Positions 47,365 through 60,600 of a stretch of 64,000 nt of DNA are shown piece after piece (the stretch's first letter is position 1; every line of letters starts with the position of its first letter). The DNA is taken from NCBI GenBank assembly GCA_000708835.1, contig DF237142.1:65810-129809 (forward strand). Direction: 5' to 3'. This DNA comes from Klebsormidium nitens (taxonomy: Eukaryota > Plantae > Klebsormidiophyceae). The notes under the pieces are model-generated. The model saw nothing but the letters and a program-made list of their open reading frames with translations, was not told where the DNA came from and did no database searches. The translations under genes were made by a program, and so were the position numbers.

Positions 47365-48175
47365 TGCGCCTGCTGATTGCAGAGGGGAAACAAAGGTGGT
47401 CAGGAAAGATCAAAGCACTTCTCAATGGCGTCTTTCGTGTGCTTTTCCTTCTTCCTGATTCTTCACTCCAGAGTTCAGTCTGACTGTCTGTTCATCACAC
47501 TGCTCAAATGACAAGGACGACCGTTCCTCCATGTGGCGTCAACCGATAGCTAATTCACTTCCCAGGCGCTCCCAGGTTCGTACCAAGGACTCAGTTTGCG
47601 GGCAAACTGGTTAACTGGAGGTCGGTTAGATCTTCCGACCATTCCTCGGGGCTTCTGAAGGCTGGTTGGAAAGGTAAAGCGCAATCTGATTCAGATTCTG
47701 CGCCTTCTTATTGGACGAAGGATGGCGGATAAGGGGCCAGATCGCTGCCGCCGATAGTGTGCCTTGAGACAAATCAACGGTTGTTATGGGACATCTTCCG
47801 TCGAGATAATTTGGCCCCTGCGATCGGTGATCCATTTTCGACGCTCTTGTAAACGTAAGAAAGGCCGCCGCTTCCTGTGCGCGCGCTAACGCGCAGCATA
47901 TGCCATATGACATGGTGCGTCGCGCGTAAAAGCATCGCCGCGGCCGCGCTGCAGCATCTCATGTGTAGCTCGCGGCCGGCAATCATGGCCCTGACTGTCA
48001 GCTCCAGAAAAGCCCGAGCAGGAAATGAAACTTGAAGTTGAACTAAGAAGTTGAAAGGAAGTTAGAACGTGAAGAGCCCAGCAGGCGACTGCAGGATAGA
48101 TCAGACTTGTCCTGATCTGTGGGTTCGTTGTGGGCCCCTGGAGCTTAGCAATCGTTACTGCTTTGCGTTGAAAAG

Positions 48176-51100
48176 ATGGGGAGCGGGGCAGGCCGCGGCA
48201 AGTTTAAGAAGGGCCCCACGGGGAGGAAGAATTTCTCGACGCCAGAGGAAATAGGTGCCCAGGCCATGCCCTTAGCTCTATGCCATTTGCGTCCGCAATC
48301 AAAAACCCAAATACTGTAATTCTGCAATGTTGCAGTCTTTGTCTGCTTACGGGATGATCTTTTCATGGGTTCAGAACCTATTGGAGTTGTTTGTGGAACT
48401 TGGGTATCCGCACTTTTGAAAAGGATGCAGAGCTTGGTATGCCAAGCTCTTAGAGCGCACTTCTGCATCAATATTGGTAATGGTAGTCTGTTCCGCAGCT
48501 TTTTGTTTAGGCTTTGTTTGAGTTCAACAGAACCAGAAGACAAGTCTGACTGACCGCAATGACTGGGTCTTGTCAAGGCAATTGCCAGCTCAAACATGAT
48601 TGTCTGTTTCTTTCTGATTGTTTGTGGGGTGCAAAAGAGCGCAAGAAGCTGGCCTTCATTGCTGGACCAACTCGGGCAGGGGAAGGCCACAAGCGCTTGT
48701 GCACATCCATTTCTCCTTCATTGTACTTTCAAGGCAATGTCTGGGCCAGTAGAGTTTCTCACCAAGAATTCGTGCGTCTGTCGCCAAAAAGCTCCATTTT
48801 GGTTGCTCTTTATGAAAGACTGCGCGCACCTGAGTTTTATGCGCACAAGAATCAGGCACTTGCAGGCTTCCCGGGAATTTGCATAGCCTCTTTTTGAGAG
48901 GGTCCTTTTGATCGTGCACGAAGGTTGTAGCATTTTGTTGGCGCCCGTTCTGGCACGTCCTTGTTAGGTGGCAAAACGAGGTCTGCCACCCCTTATGCTT
49001 CAACTGCGAGGTAAGGAAGAGGCCAACATGTTTCAGCATGGAAGGCGGAAAAACGAGGACTTAACTGCCCGTCTTTGTCTCTGGGACTCGTTCTGAAATC
49101 ATTACGCTGCAATTGCAAGCCCCTGATCGTGCTGACCCGTGCCAGTATTTCTCTGCAGCGGCCGGTGCCGACGGGCCTCGAAGCGGGTTTAGAAAGAAGG
49201 ACCCGGTAAGTGTAAAGATGACGGTACTGCGCATCCCGCTCCCTTGTTTTAGCGCTGCGCTTGCTGTATAGTCCTGGCGCTCCTCATGTTGCAGCGGGAT
49301 TTTGACAGTCAGGTGGAGCACAAGTGGAGCACGAGCATCGGTGGTAGATGTGGTTTTGGCTACAAGCAATCCCAGTCATTCAAGGTTTTGGACTGCCGAG
49401 ATCGGGTGCCCTCTTCTCACACAGCAATGCTCGTTGGGGGGGGTGATTGCCCTGGTGCCCAGTCTAGATAGAAAGCCAAACACGCTGAGCCGTTTGATTG
49501 ATTTTTGATACACGCTTATCTGATTCCCCTCAATCGAATCACTCTATATGTACCATACTTCGAATACCTGCCTCTCTTGCTCTTTGCAAAGTCGACGCCT
49601 GTTTGCTTCTCAGGAAGAGGTAGAGGATGCTGAAGAGGAGGAGGAGGAATCGAGCGAAGAGGAGTCCAGTGAAGAGGAAGACGATGACCAAAAAGAGGTG
49701 AGGCGCGGCTGCGCTCTGGCACGGCATCAATGTCTCGTGATTCTGGTTGACAAAGAAACGATGGTTGTGACTTTGGAGTATTCAGGCGCTAGCCGGCAAC
49801 TGAAGCTCTTCGAGCAAGCATCTAGTTTCTCGAAGTCTGGTTGCAAGAGACTACTGCTTCGAGTAAGGCAAAGGGCCAGGCTTGGTCAGATGCTAGGATC
49901 TGTCCGCTGTTTTTCGCTGGCGCATCCTGGTGCTACCGCTTTCAATCTGGTGTCTTTCCTGAGCTTCTTGTTGGCTGCGAGGTCCTTTGGAGCCCAAGAT
50001 GACGTCGCGAATCTGCCAGCTGTGTTCATGAGCCTTCTGGCCGTGATCAACGAATTGTTTCTGGACAGATTGTCAACTTACATTGAGGTCACTCGCAAAG
50101 TATCGTGTTTCGCATCACTGGAATTCCGAATACGGGAGCCAAGTCATTCTAAGCTATCTCAAATTGGATTCACTGTCGATCTAGCTTTCCTCCAAGGTGC
50201 ATTCCACACGCTTGCAATCTGCAGAGTTCATCACAGTTCGTCAGCTTCATGAGCCGATGCCGATGGTGGATGATTTACCAACGAGGGGTTATGGAAAAGA
50301 ATATACATTTGTGGTTGTGCGAGATCGGCGGATTGTTTCGCCTTTTTTATGGGCCTTTAGCAGACGAACTCCTGTCCCCTTTTTCGTGCAGAAAAAGGGC
50401 AAGGGCGTCCAGAACTTGATAGCCACCGACAACCCGAACGCGGCCAAGAAGACGACCGTCAAGGCGAAGGACATTGACCTTGCCACGTCGAAGGGGCCCG
50501 AGCTCTCACGAAGGGAAAGGTGGGCCATGCTTAGTTGTCCCTTGTTTTCTCATCGCGGTGTAGACCATGATTTAATTGAATCCGATCGGGTGTCCTGCGA
50601 AAGGTTTCTGAAACCTGGTTTTTGGATGCGGGTGAAATAAGCGAAATCGCACAGAGTGAGAATTACAAAGTCAGAATGACTTAGTTTCAGAGGGTTTTAA
50701 GAGTGTCAGCCTTCTGGGAACTGACGTTTGTTTGAATCGTCACGCACAGCTTGAGCAGACCCTGATTTGAGGATTTTTTTCAAGCCGGAAATCACGAGTC
50801 ACGATCTGCGAGTTACCAAGGGTAAGGGGTGCGTGTGCTCATGTTACTTCGCTGGTCGAGACAAGCAGTTGAGTCCGAAGAGGACGCAACGAAAGCGCTT
50901 TTCTTCTTCAAGTCCCGCAAAGTGGCCCAATTGAGACTGGCCAAATCTCCCGGCGTATACTCACATGAGGTCCTTCAGGGGCCTCCTCCTTCCAAGAAGA
51001 CAGCGGGAAGCTCCTCAAGATTAATGAGAGTACGGGGAAGGACCAGATCCCGGGACATTGAGTTCTTCGGTACTCCAGTCTCACAAGCCCGCCCCTGGTG

Positions 51101-52020
51101 CAGGGAGGAGCTAGAGAAGCAGCGCGCCAAGGAGCGCTACTGGAAGCTGCACGAGCAGGGCAAGACGGAAGAGGCCAGGAAGGACCTCGGTGAGTGTGTT
51201 TTGGTAAAAGTACTTTTTAAGAGAGCCACGAAGAAAACTGGTCGGGGATTTCTTCATGGGGTAGTTGTTGACGGGAAAGATGCCGTTGTTAAGGTAGCCA
51301 GCGGGAAGAGCACTCCGTTCCTTTGCTAGTTGTGTCTCAGGAGACCATGTTAAAATCTTCCTTTGACAGTCCTCTACAGAGATGACGTCACGCCTTCGCA
51401 AGTGGCAAAGAAAGTTGCTGGTATGTAGGCGTTCAGGTTGTGGGGCAGCGCCTCGCTTCTGCTCATTGGGTTGTTTAGCAAGGAAGACCCCTGTGAACCG
51501 TTCCTCGTATGCGGGTGTGGCACAGCAGGGAACCGTGGGGCATTCTTGAATGAAGTCTTCTGAAAACATGCTGCCGGTTCTTTTACAGAGCGCTTGGCTA
51601 TCATCCGGCAGCAACGAGAGGAGGCCGCCAAGAAAAGGGAAGAGGAGAAAGCGGGTGAGTAGGGTTCAACGTACCCTTTGTTATGGACTCACAGATGATG
51701 TCCTTTCTTCGCTTCTTGGGTTGTGTATCAAGGTGCAGTGCCACGAAGGCCTTCTTACAGAATCAGCATATTTAAATCAGCCGCTGTGGCTGTGTTCCTG
51801 CTTGTCGGATCTTGTGAGGAAACGAAGAGCCAATCGGTGGACTTTCTTAGGATCGAAAGTCTGTGTTACGCATGACAGTCGCCCAATGACGGTGCCATTC
51901 GTCAGGGCTGGACCCGCCTGGCCGCAGCGGCTTAGAATTGGTTGTGCCCTTCGCCTACGCTGACGAGTCTCCTTTTCCTTTTCAGCTCGGGAGGCGAAAG
52001 CAGCAGCAACCAAAAGGTAG
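48176..52020 (+). CDS. PDAP1: 28-kDa heat- and acid-stable phosphoprotein (PDGFA-associated protein 1 family), 174 aa
   Basis: Exons 48176-48254, 49159-49205, 49614-49697, 50392-50519, 51104-51189, 51589-51654, 51986-52020. Motifs: GRGKFKKGPTGRKNFSTPEE, an acidic tract, KGVQNLI..DNPN, ELSRREREELEKQRAKERY.KLH.QGKTEEARKDLERLAIIRQQREEAAKKREEEK. Confidence 0.93.
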
Positions 52021-53013
52021 TGCAGTGGACCTCGTATGATGTGCAACCAAATCGACTTAGAAAGAACAAAGTCTCCTTTATTTACTATGTACAGATTCGT
52101 GTCAAATTTTCAGAATGAGTTGCAGTACAACCCAAGTCTTCTGCTGTAAATTGTCCTGGCGTCCGCTTGCCACCCTTACTCAAAAATTTGGATGGGATGC
52201 ACCTTCACAAATGATGAAGCGAAGAGCTCTCGATATGGCGGTTTGTCGAATGTAAGCCTAATCTGAGTATATAATTCATCATCTATCCACATGCAATGTA
52301 TCATAATCTGCTGACGGGATCGATGCCTAGTTGGATGATCGCTTGACCATGATGCACATATATCTCTAACAACCTTTGTGTGCAGTATCCTGGGTCATGC
52401 TGCTGCAGCTAGGCGGCCATGCAGCCATGCAGCCGTTACATGCATCATGGTATGAGATCACTTTTACTCGCAACTTTAAATAACGGCAGCGCTGATTCAA
52501 AAGCTTGTGACCCGCTCGATGTGCAACAATCAGTTGTGAATCATTATTCTGCTCGAAGTCCTAGGGCGAGCACCATGCAACTGCAAGTGCTATAACCCAC
52601 TAACTCGGTGTCCAATGCTTATTCCGTCAAAAACATGTAACAACAACCGAGTCCTACAGTGATACATTCATCTTTGTTTGGACAACTAGACGCGCATCCA
52701 AATCCTACTATAAAACGCATTCTGGAAGTACTTAGCTTCTAGGGTCCTTCATGCATCCGTGCCTGAATCGACTGGAAAGAATGACTAAACAACATAACTT
52801 CGCATATGCTGACTATGCAGATAACGCTTGAACCAAAAACCTCACATCCTATAAAAGAAATGGCCTCTCAGGAAACATCATTCTACAAATTATCAAGTTT
52901 ATTGCCCCTCGCTTTCTAGTACCATTCACAGGTCTGTGCCTGCATCGCTGACCAGCACTTTTGCGACAGGCGTACCCCAAAGTGTCCACGTTATGTACGA
53001 CAAAAGGATCCAC

Positions 53014-56000
53014 CTAAGACTTCCTTGGAAGCGCAAAACCAATGATTAGAGCGATGACGGCAATAAGCAGCACCAGCATCCACGAAATGCCTCCCCCCGT
53101 CCTGGCAGGAACTGTCGTTGTGCCGCCCGATGATGGCGCCTTCTTTTCCAGATACTGATGCTCGTTCGCCTGCAAAATGGGCAGGAAAGGATCAACCACC
53201 ATAAGAGTCGACCTAACAATGCAATTCCAAGGCAAAACGAAGAAGATGGTCAAATCCGTGTGCCAACAGAGCTCAATGAGTCAACCGCTATGGTCGTCAA
53301 GAGCATAGTCTCCAAGAACAGAATATCGACTCCAAACAGGCAGAGCTAGCCCTCTGAACCGAAATGGAGAATCCCAAAGGATGCTGTAGCTATAATGATG
53401 AAAGGGCCCTTGAAAGCAATGCACAACCCTCCGTTCCTTCTTAAAGTCAGTGCATTCTACTAAGAAGCACAGCAAGAGGTTGCAATTCACAGGCTTCCAT
53501 GGAGCGTAAGCGCGCAGATATAGTTAGGGGGGCAGAAGCTTCAGATTGAAGGACCCACCTGTCGTGCCTTGACCTGATGATCCACTGACTCCGCTGGTGT
53601 GGTAGCCTTCTGTGACGTGAAAAGCATCGTCAGTAAGGGGAGAGTACCAGATTGACTGAACCTCCCAGACGTAAAGCCTCAGCAACAGCACTATATTAAA
53701 CCAGGCAACCAGAGACACCAACAGAAGCCAGTTAAGCTTCGGCTGCATACGTCTCACCTCAACATGCAATATGCAGAGGAGGAGTATGATTGAGACCAAA
53801 GGGATGCCTTTCCAGTGGCGGCCTCATTCACCACCAACAGTTCACAGTGAGCCGAATCAGAGACGGGGCCAGTCTTGCATTGCAATTGCGAGGCTTACTT
53901 CTGCGAAGAAGTGCGCGTTGCTGTGGCTTTCTGGCTCCACGGCCTTGGGAGAGAGGCCCTCCTCTGCTGACTCATTGATGGGGGGAGGGGGGGGCGGGGG
54001 GGACACGTACACCACGCGCAGCTTGGTCTCAGTGATCTCGCGCCCGGACTCCTTGGAGAACTGCAGCGGGCGGAAGAGATGTTCGATTCAATGTGCGCAC
54101 AATCCGTATCTATGTCTAGCTCTGGCAATCTATGAAGTGTCCAAGGCTGGACAAGAAGCATGCACCTGCTCCTCCAGTAGGTTGCCTGAACGCACAGTAC
54201 TTCAATTCATGCGTGCTCGGCTGGACGCTCTTGTACAACGTGTTATACGATCGAGTTTCAAGCAATTACATTCTGTTAGAAGCCTTGCTACACCTCTGCT
54301 CAAACCAAGCGTGGCCGCCTTCAAAGAGCAAAGCGATGCATTTTTGCACATTTGCCTTTGTGCCTGATAAACGAATCAGATTCATCAGAGCATTCCGCAC
54401 TTAACCACATGATAGCGCTCCAGGCTTCGTGATACATACAGCAAGCTCACGGCGGAAGCGCCTGTGAATAAGGCCTCACCAGCTCTGGGGTGATATCTTT
54501 TGGGGAAGCGATGTCAGCGAAGACACTCTGCACCAGGAACTTGTCCTTGCACTGCATGTCGGGGGGGTACTCGCGCTGCGCCTGCATCGTCACTGCAACG
54601 AACAGAGTCTGGAAACTTCAAGAGAAGTTTTGGAGTGAAGTGCAACTGGACACGAGAAAGAGCTCGCTCAAACTTGCAAGTCCTAAGAAACAAACAAAGT
54701 TGGATTGCAATGATGACTTGATCCATCCGGTTTGCACTAAGCACAGACACAGTTTTCCATGCCAACCACTGCGCGGTCGATAAGAAATGTCAGGACCCCA
54801 GCCGTTCTGAACACCACAGCACTTGCGCTTCTTAGCACTAATCACAGCGCATCACACAGAATCAAAAGCTTACCAGTGACCTCGATTGTGGCGTTGGGGG
54901 GCACAATCCCGGTGTTGGGCCGCACACAGTACTTCTTGGGGGAGGTCGTCTTGACCTGCAACAGAGAGCACCATACGTGCGTCAGGGGCGCAGCTAAAAC
55001 AACATTCATAGCTGATCAGTGAGCTGCCTCATCAAACTATCTCTTGAAATGTAGACAACGAATGCACCGCATCTGCCTTGGCTAGGGACTTGACGTCCTT
55101 GTCCACCCTGTAACCTTCTGGTGAGAATATCTAGATTGATCTTCTGCTGGAGTGCTACGGAATCAGAAGCTGGATTGATTGTCCTCCTGACAATTTCAAC
55201 AGGACTTACAATGCTTCCGGCAGTCAACTTGATAAATCTTGAGGATGATGCTTCCTCCACAAAGTGCCTCACAAGCATGCTGAGGTGCACATACCTCAAG
55301 AAGGATGGGCTCACCTTGAATGCGACATTCTTTGAGGTCTGATTTTGCAGCCGGAGGCTTGCAGAAACCTGCTTCTTCAGCTCAACTGCAGAGATGAATC
55401 ACCGGGTTCAGAGGAGTTCCACATCAGCAGATTGACTTTATGCGGTAGCTATCTGCCCCCTGACAGCTACCAAACCCTAATTGCACCAAAAGAGAGAGTG
55501 TTGGATAGCATGACAAGGTTGGATTGGCTCCACACCATTACCAACTCGTAACTCCACGGGCAACAAGACACATTCATCGGTACCCAAGAGTTTGTCGGCC
55601 TATACACATGACTTCTACAAAGCCCAAGCCCGTGCTCTCCCCTGAGATCTCAAATGCAGGAAAAGGCCAATAAAGGCAACAAAAACTTGAGGGTGTCATC
55701 GAAGACGGCTCATAAAAGGGCACTGCATGCACAGCTAGTATAGATTTGCATACAGAAGATACGACCCAGTTTCTGATCGCGACTAAGAATCTGGACATGC
55801 TTCAAAGGGAACTTATTTATGTCATTCCAGATTGAGGACATGCATTGACTAATAAATTGGGATTGAAACTAGCAGATCGAAATGATACAAGGGACAAACA
55901 CATGCATCTACAAGGCAAGGCAAAGCATAATCATAATCAGCAAAGGCAGAGCAGCCATCACCATCATTCTATCCCATACGTGTAAGGCACCAGTCTTTAA

Positions 56001-56311
56001 GGCGATATGAGCTGAGAACGGGAACTAGAGAATTACAACATAATGAATCACTTCCAAGCAACATGAATCTGCGAAGGCAAACTGAGTGCTTGCAGAAGAG
56101 ATGCTCACGATAGATGATTTCAAACTGACTAGTAAAGCAGACGCTTCCACCTTACCAGCATAGATCCGGCTGCATCCATCAGCCTTGCGACCCTGAAGAA
56201 TTCAATCTCAGCATCCAAGCTGCCTGCAGTGCATGACAAGGACTTGGTTCGGTAATACTCACATGGAAATTTGAGCTCCCCAGGCTGGATGTTGAGCAAC
56301 TCCGATGGCAT
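53014..56311 (-). CDS. VAP27: Vesicle-associated-membrane-protein-associated protein (VAP27; MSP domain + C-terminal TM), about 227 aa
   Basis: Exons 56311-56263, 55385-55315, 54955-54874, 54592-54480, 54060-53899, 53609-53559, 53169-53014. MSP motifs: LLNIQPGELKFPFELKKQ, VAFKVKTTSPKKYCVRPNTG, TMQAQREYPPDMQCKDKFLVQS. TM tail ISWMLVLLIAVIALIIGFAL. Confidence 0.94.
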
Positions 56312-57071
56312 GGCTGCCCTCAGCCCTTGCCCTGACAAAATGGCAGAAAGCAATCCGATCTAAAATAATCGACTGCACTCCTGTCACGATCTCTAACTAC
56401 TTCGATCAAGCTTCTCTGCACTTGACTGCTTGAATTGCAAATGACTCCCAGCAATTGCTTTTGACCAAGAAACCGCGACCACTGCCCCCGGCAAAATGCT
56501 TTTCTCTTGCTCGTGAGCAGTCGTTCTAAGCAATCCCTCACAATCGCTCCGAAAAGCCCGGGTATCCTTTAGGCAGTATCGGGCCTATTTCACAGCACCG
56601 ACTCGGGAGAGCCCCCCCTGCTACCTACTTGATTACAAATACAACACAGCAAGCATGTCAAAGCCCCACAGAGCGGTGCCAGCGCCCCTTGCTGTAGCCT
56701 AATAGGAAGCTCTTGAGACTCAGAGACTCGGACAACTCGACTCCGAGTCCCGTGCGTGACTGTCAACGACAACAGAGGGGAGGAGCTTGTCTGCCAAACT
56801 TTCATATCAACCTGATTCTTAAACCCGCTTGTTCTCGAAAACCCCTCACGAAACCATGCACGAAACGCGGAGAAATACTGTCTCCTTGGCTTGTCGTATT
56901 AAAGCTCGGTTTAATACCTGCGGATGCACTACATAACCAGCCTCGCGCAACCACGGTTAGCCCTGACGCTCTCCGAGTTCAATGCATGGTGGTGGAGTGA
57001 CCTGGATTCGGTGTTGTTCTGCCGCAACACTCGAGAGTCACTAGGACTCGGAGCTCTGTAAAATTGTAGTA

Positions 57072-57266
57072 CCGTACTGCTTTTTAATTTCGGCGAAAAA
57101 TAAATAATAATTATTTGGCCTGCTGAAAATTTTGAATAATTATCCAAGGGCGATAATGGTCGATAACGGTTGTTTTTAGCAGGTAACGCTGGGTCTGCCG
57201 AAAGTCTCAAACGTTTCATAATTAACTATTTTGCGTCGAAGGTGCCGATATTAAAAAGCAGTACGG
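57072..57266. mobile_element. Tc1/mariner-superfamily (Tc2/pogo-like) MITE, 195 bp
   Basis: 23-bp TIR CCGTACTGCTTTTTAAT(T/A)TCGGC (22/23 identical; 57072-57094 and 57244-57266). TA on both flanks (57070-57071 and 57267-57268). AT-rich interior with no ORF. Confidence 0.9.
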
Positions 57267-57609
57267 TAGTACCTTGAACGGAAGGGAGGAAAGCCCCCAG
57301 CGTCTACTAAAACGTGGGAGTAAAGCCTCAGCCTCTCACTGGCGCCTCAACTTCATGAATAGCACGTCACGTCTTGCTTCTTTCTGACTCCTACAAAATC
57401 TTTGTTTGGAGAAATCTTCCAGAGGGCTTGCAGTTTAGGCGGCGATTGGTTTAGACGCACAAACAAGCAGACGAGCAACCAAGGGATCTGGGGGCTCATA
57501 CCTGCGGCAGCCAACTCATTCAGCGGATTCTTTGGTTCATCTGATCAGTACATAGTCTGCAATCAATTTTCACTCTGTTAAAAGGCGAACAAGGGCAAAT
57601 AGAGTACAG

Positions 57610-60600
57610 ATGGCTGGAAACATGTTTGGCCGGTTGTTTGGAAAACCCAAGGAGGAGGTTTCTCCTTTGAGTACTCTAGAAAAACTCAACGAGGTGAGCA
57701 TGACGAGTTTGTAGGCGATGGCTTGTGGTGAACACTTGCCGTCTTCGGATTTAACGACTCTGTGCCTTGATCAACCTAGGTCATCAGTTGGTCTGTGGTC
57801 GAGTCTTCTTAGGATGGACTTTGAGAAGGCATTTCATTTCAGAAAGAAGGTGCACCCACTTATGTTTGCTCGTAGTCCCAAAAGAGGTCACGAACACCCC
57901 TCATTATAAATGCTCATAGATTTGGTTGGCCCATCCAGAAAGGCTGATCCTCCGTCTTGGGAAATGGCAAAGTGTTCTGGCAGGCTGACTCCATAAGCTC
58001 TGAGATTTTGGTGGTTTGGGGCAGAGTGTTGGGAAGTCCGAAGAGGTTGTTTTGTTCTGCACGTTTGCTCAGAACATTTTTGTTGCACCAGCCAGCTCAT
58101 GCACGTGCTACTTTCAGATTGTGCCTTTGACAAGAGCCAGATGCTTCTTGGTGGCCAGATTTCGCAGTTGAGGCCATGCAGGGCAGTCTCTGAATTGCTT
58201 CATTGTTGTATGTCATTTTGGTTTTAGGGTTTGTCCAAGCCTTGCTGTGATTCAGAAGCCCCACTCAGTTTATGCAGATGACACAGGAGACGAATTTGTT
58301 CTAAGTATGCCTGTCTGTATGTTAATGTTCCTCGTGTTGAGAAACTATGTTGCAATTGAATCGTGATAAAACGTGTAAAGATAGATCGAGTTGATATGTT
58401 CAGACTGCAGCTCCATTTACAATGTGTCCTTGTTGCTTGGCTGTAAGTATTGTGGTCTCAAGCGGGACTCTGCTGACTTTTATTTGCTATTACTTGCAGA
58501 CATTAGAGATGCTGGAAAAGAAGGAGAACCTGATGCAGAAAAAGATTGCACAGGAGATGGAGAAGGCAAAGGAGTTCACACGGGCGAAGAATAAGAGGGG
58601 TGAGAATGCTGCGCCTGCTCGATGGTTGGAAGTCCTGTGCTCAGACAGTGCAGAGTTCTGAGCACTGATTTCTGCTCAGAGTCAAGTGGTTCATTGCTAT
58701 CTGGGGTCAATACTTGCAATTGTGTATACAGGCTGCTCAGCTTTGAGCTGTAGAATTCTGTTTCTTTTTACGTGAAGTTATCAATCTGTCGAAGCTTGAA
58801 TATTAGCTCAGCAGTGTACGCAAGGCCTTTATGCATGCGCTGATGGAAAAACTTCTGCTCATGAGATGGATAGCCAAGGCCAGCTTTTAGAAGTAACCTT
58901 GTTACATCTCTTTGACTTGCATAAGCCACTGTGACTGCGTTTGTTTAACGAGGACATCTTTTGCGCCCTTGTCACATTTTTCATGTTACTTTCGGTTACT
59001 CAACTCCGATCATCTCAGCCAGCAAGTTATGTGAGCCTGAAAGACCTGTGTCCCTCCTACCTGCCCACTCAATAGAACATTTGTCTGTGTCATGAGGTAC
59101 CTGTGACCCCGTTATGTGTACCTTTTAAAGAAGAGTTCTAAGATCAGACACTGACACGAGAACGACCCGGAGACAACCGTAGTAGTTTGAAGTGGGTACA
59201 CTACAAACACTCCTATGTTAACGCCCCCGTCACTTTCCGGTTCCAAGAGTTGTTGCTGTCCGGCGCGTACATCATTTGATTATGACTATGATCATGGGAC
59301 CAGGTCGGAGGGCAACGATATTGAGCCTGCGTTTTTTGGCGAAGTTAATAGCCAGTTCTGGTCCCACCATCGGTATTGACGGTGCCTGGTTTTGTTGCAG
59401 CGGCTATACAATGTCTGAAGAGGAAGAAACTGTATGAGCAACAAGTAGAGCAGCTAGCAAACAACCAGCTTCGGATTCAAGATCAGGTGAGGCGCTCTTG
59501 CCCCATCAAGCTGTCCCTTTCTGCAATTTAAATTTTCTGGAATTGGTATGTTATGTAGTCGCTGGACCGTGTGCGCCAAGGACAGCTGTGGAAGATTGCT
59601 TTCTTTGTCGGGTTGACATGTGGTTGAGCCGCATCTACGAGGTTCTCAACCTCGTCTTTGTGAATGCAAGTTGGGAATTTCCAGGTCCGCCTAGTCTTCC
59701 TCGTCTTACATGTTTAGATTCATCGGTGCAAACTGTAGACTCCTGGGACGTTGTCCGGAATCTTTTGTGTTTGTCAGATTCACCGTCCACAAATGCAGAT
59801 TTACTGTGCACTACTCGGATCTACTGTCCACAATCTGCCTCATGTGAAATGGAAGCCGTTAATCAGACAGGCTAGTCTGGTTCAAAAGAACAGCACCTGA
59901 GGTACAGCCTGGTTTTTGTCGGCTCGTGAAGTCGTCCCCGTTGGCGCCTGTGCCCAGATGATCATGTTGGAGAGCGCCAAGGTGACGACGGAGACGGTGG
60001 ATGCGCTGCGGAGTGGGGCGCAGGCGATGCGGGCGCAGCTCAAGACGACCAAGATTGATGACGTGGACAAGACCATGGACGAAATTAACGAGTCGACTGA
60101 GGACATGAAGGCCATCCAGGAAGCGCTGGCGAATCCTGTGGGCGGCATGGCCGAGTTTGATGACGTGAGCGCGCGCACCCGTTTAGCATCCCATCCTTAG
60201 TGTGTTGCGACAGAAGAGCGTGTGGATGTTCAGGGTTTTTTTTCGTGTGAGCTGGGAGGATTCACTCAGGGTGTCGTTTATTCAGTCCTGAATTTTATGT
60301 GTGCTGGGTCGTGTCCTGGATTGTTTGACAGTATTATGCCCTGAGTCGGGTTTCTACTAGCTTGTGGTTTCTCGAATACCCGGGGCCACCGTGTATCGTG
60401 CAAACAGTCGACTTTTCTCCGGAGCATTTTACAAACCCACAAATTGCAGATCCGAGGGCGATGGGCATGCATGGCTTGTCCAGAGCCATTTCAGAAGCAC
60501 ATGTTCTTTTCGGAGGGGTGTTAGAAATGTCGGAAATGCCGCATGGGTGATCAGTGGGTTTGGCTTTGTGTTTAAACACTCTGGACTCCTCTCCCTGCCT

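Noticed and set aside
47728-47733. I-box (GATAAG) upstream of psaD
   Set aside because: A single hexamer is expected by chance; no TSS information.
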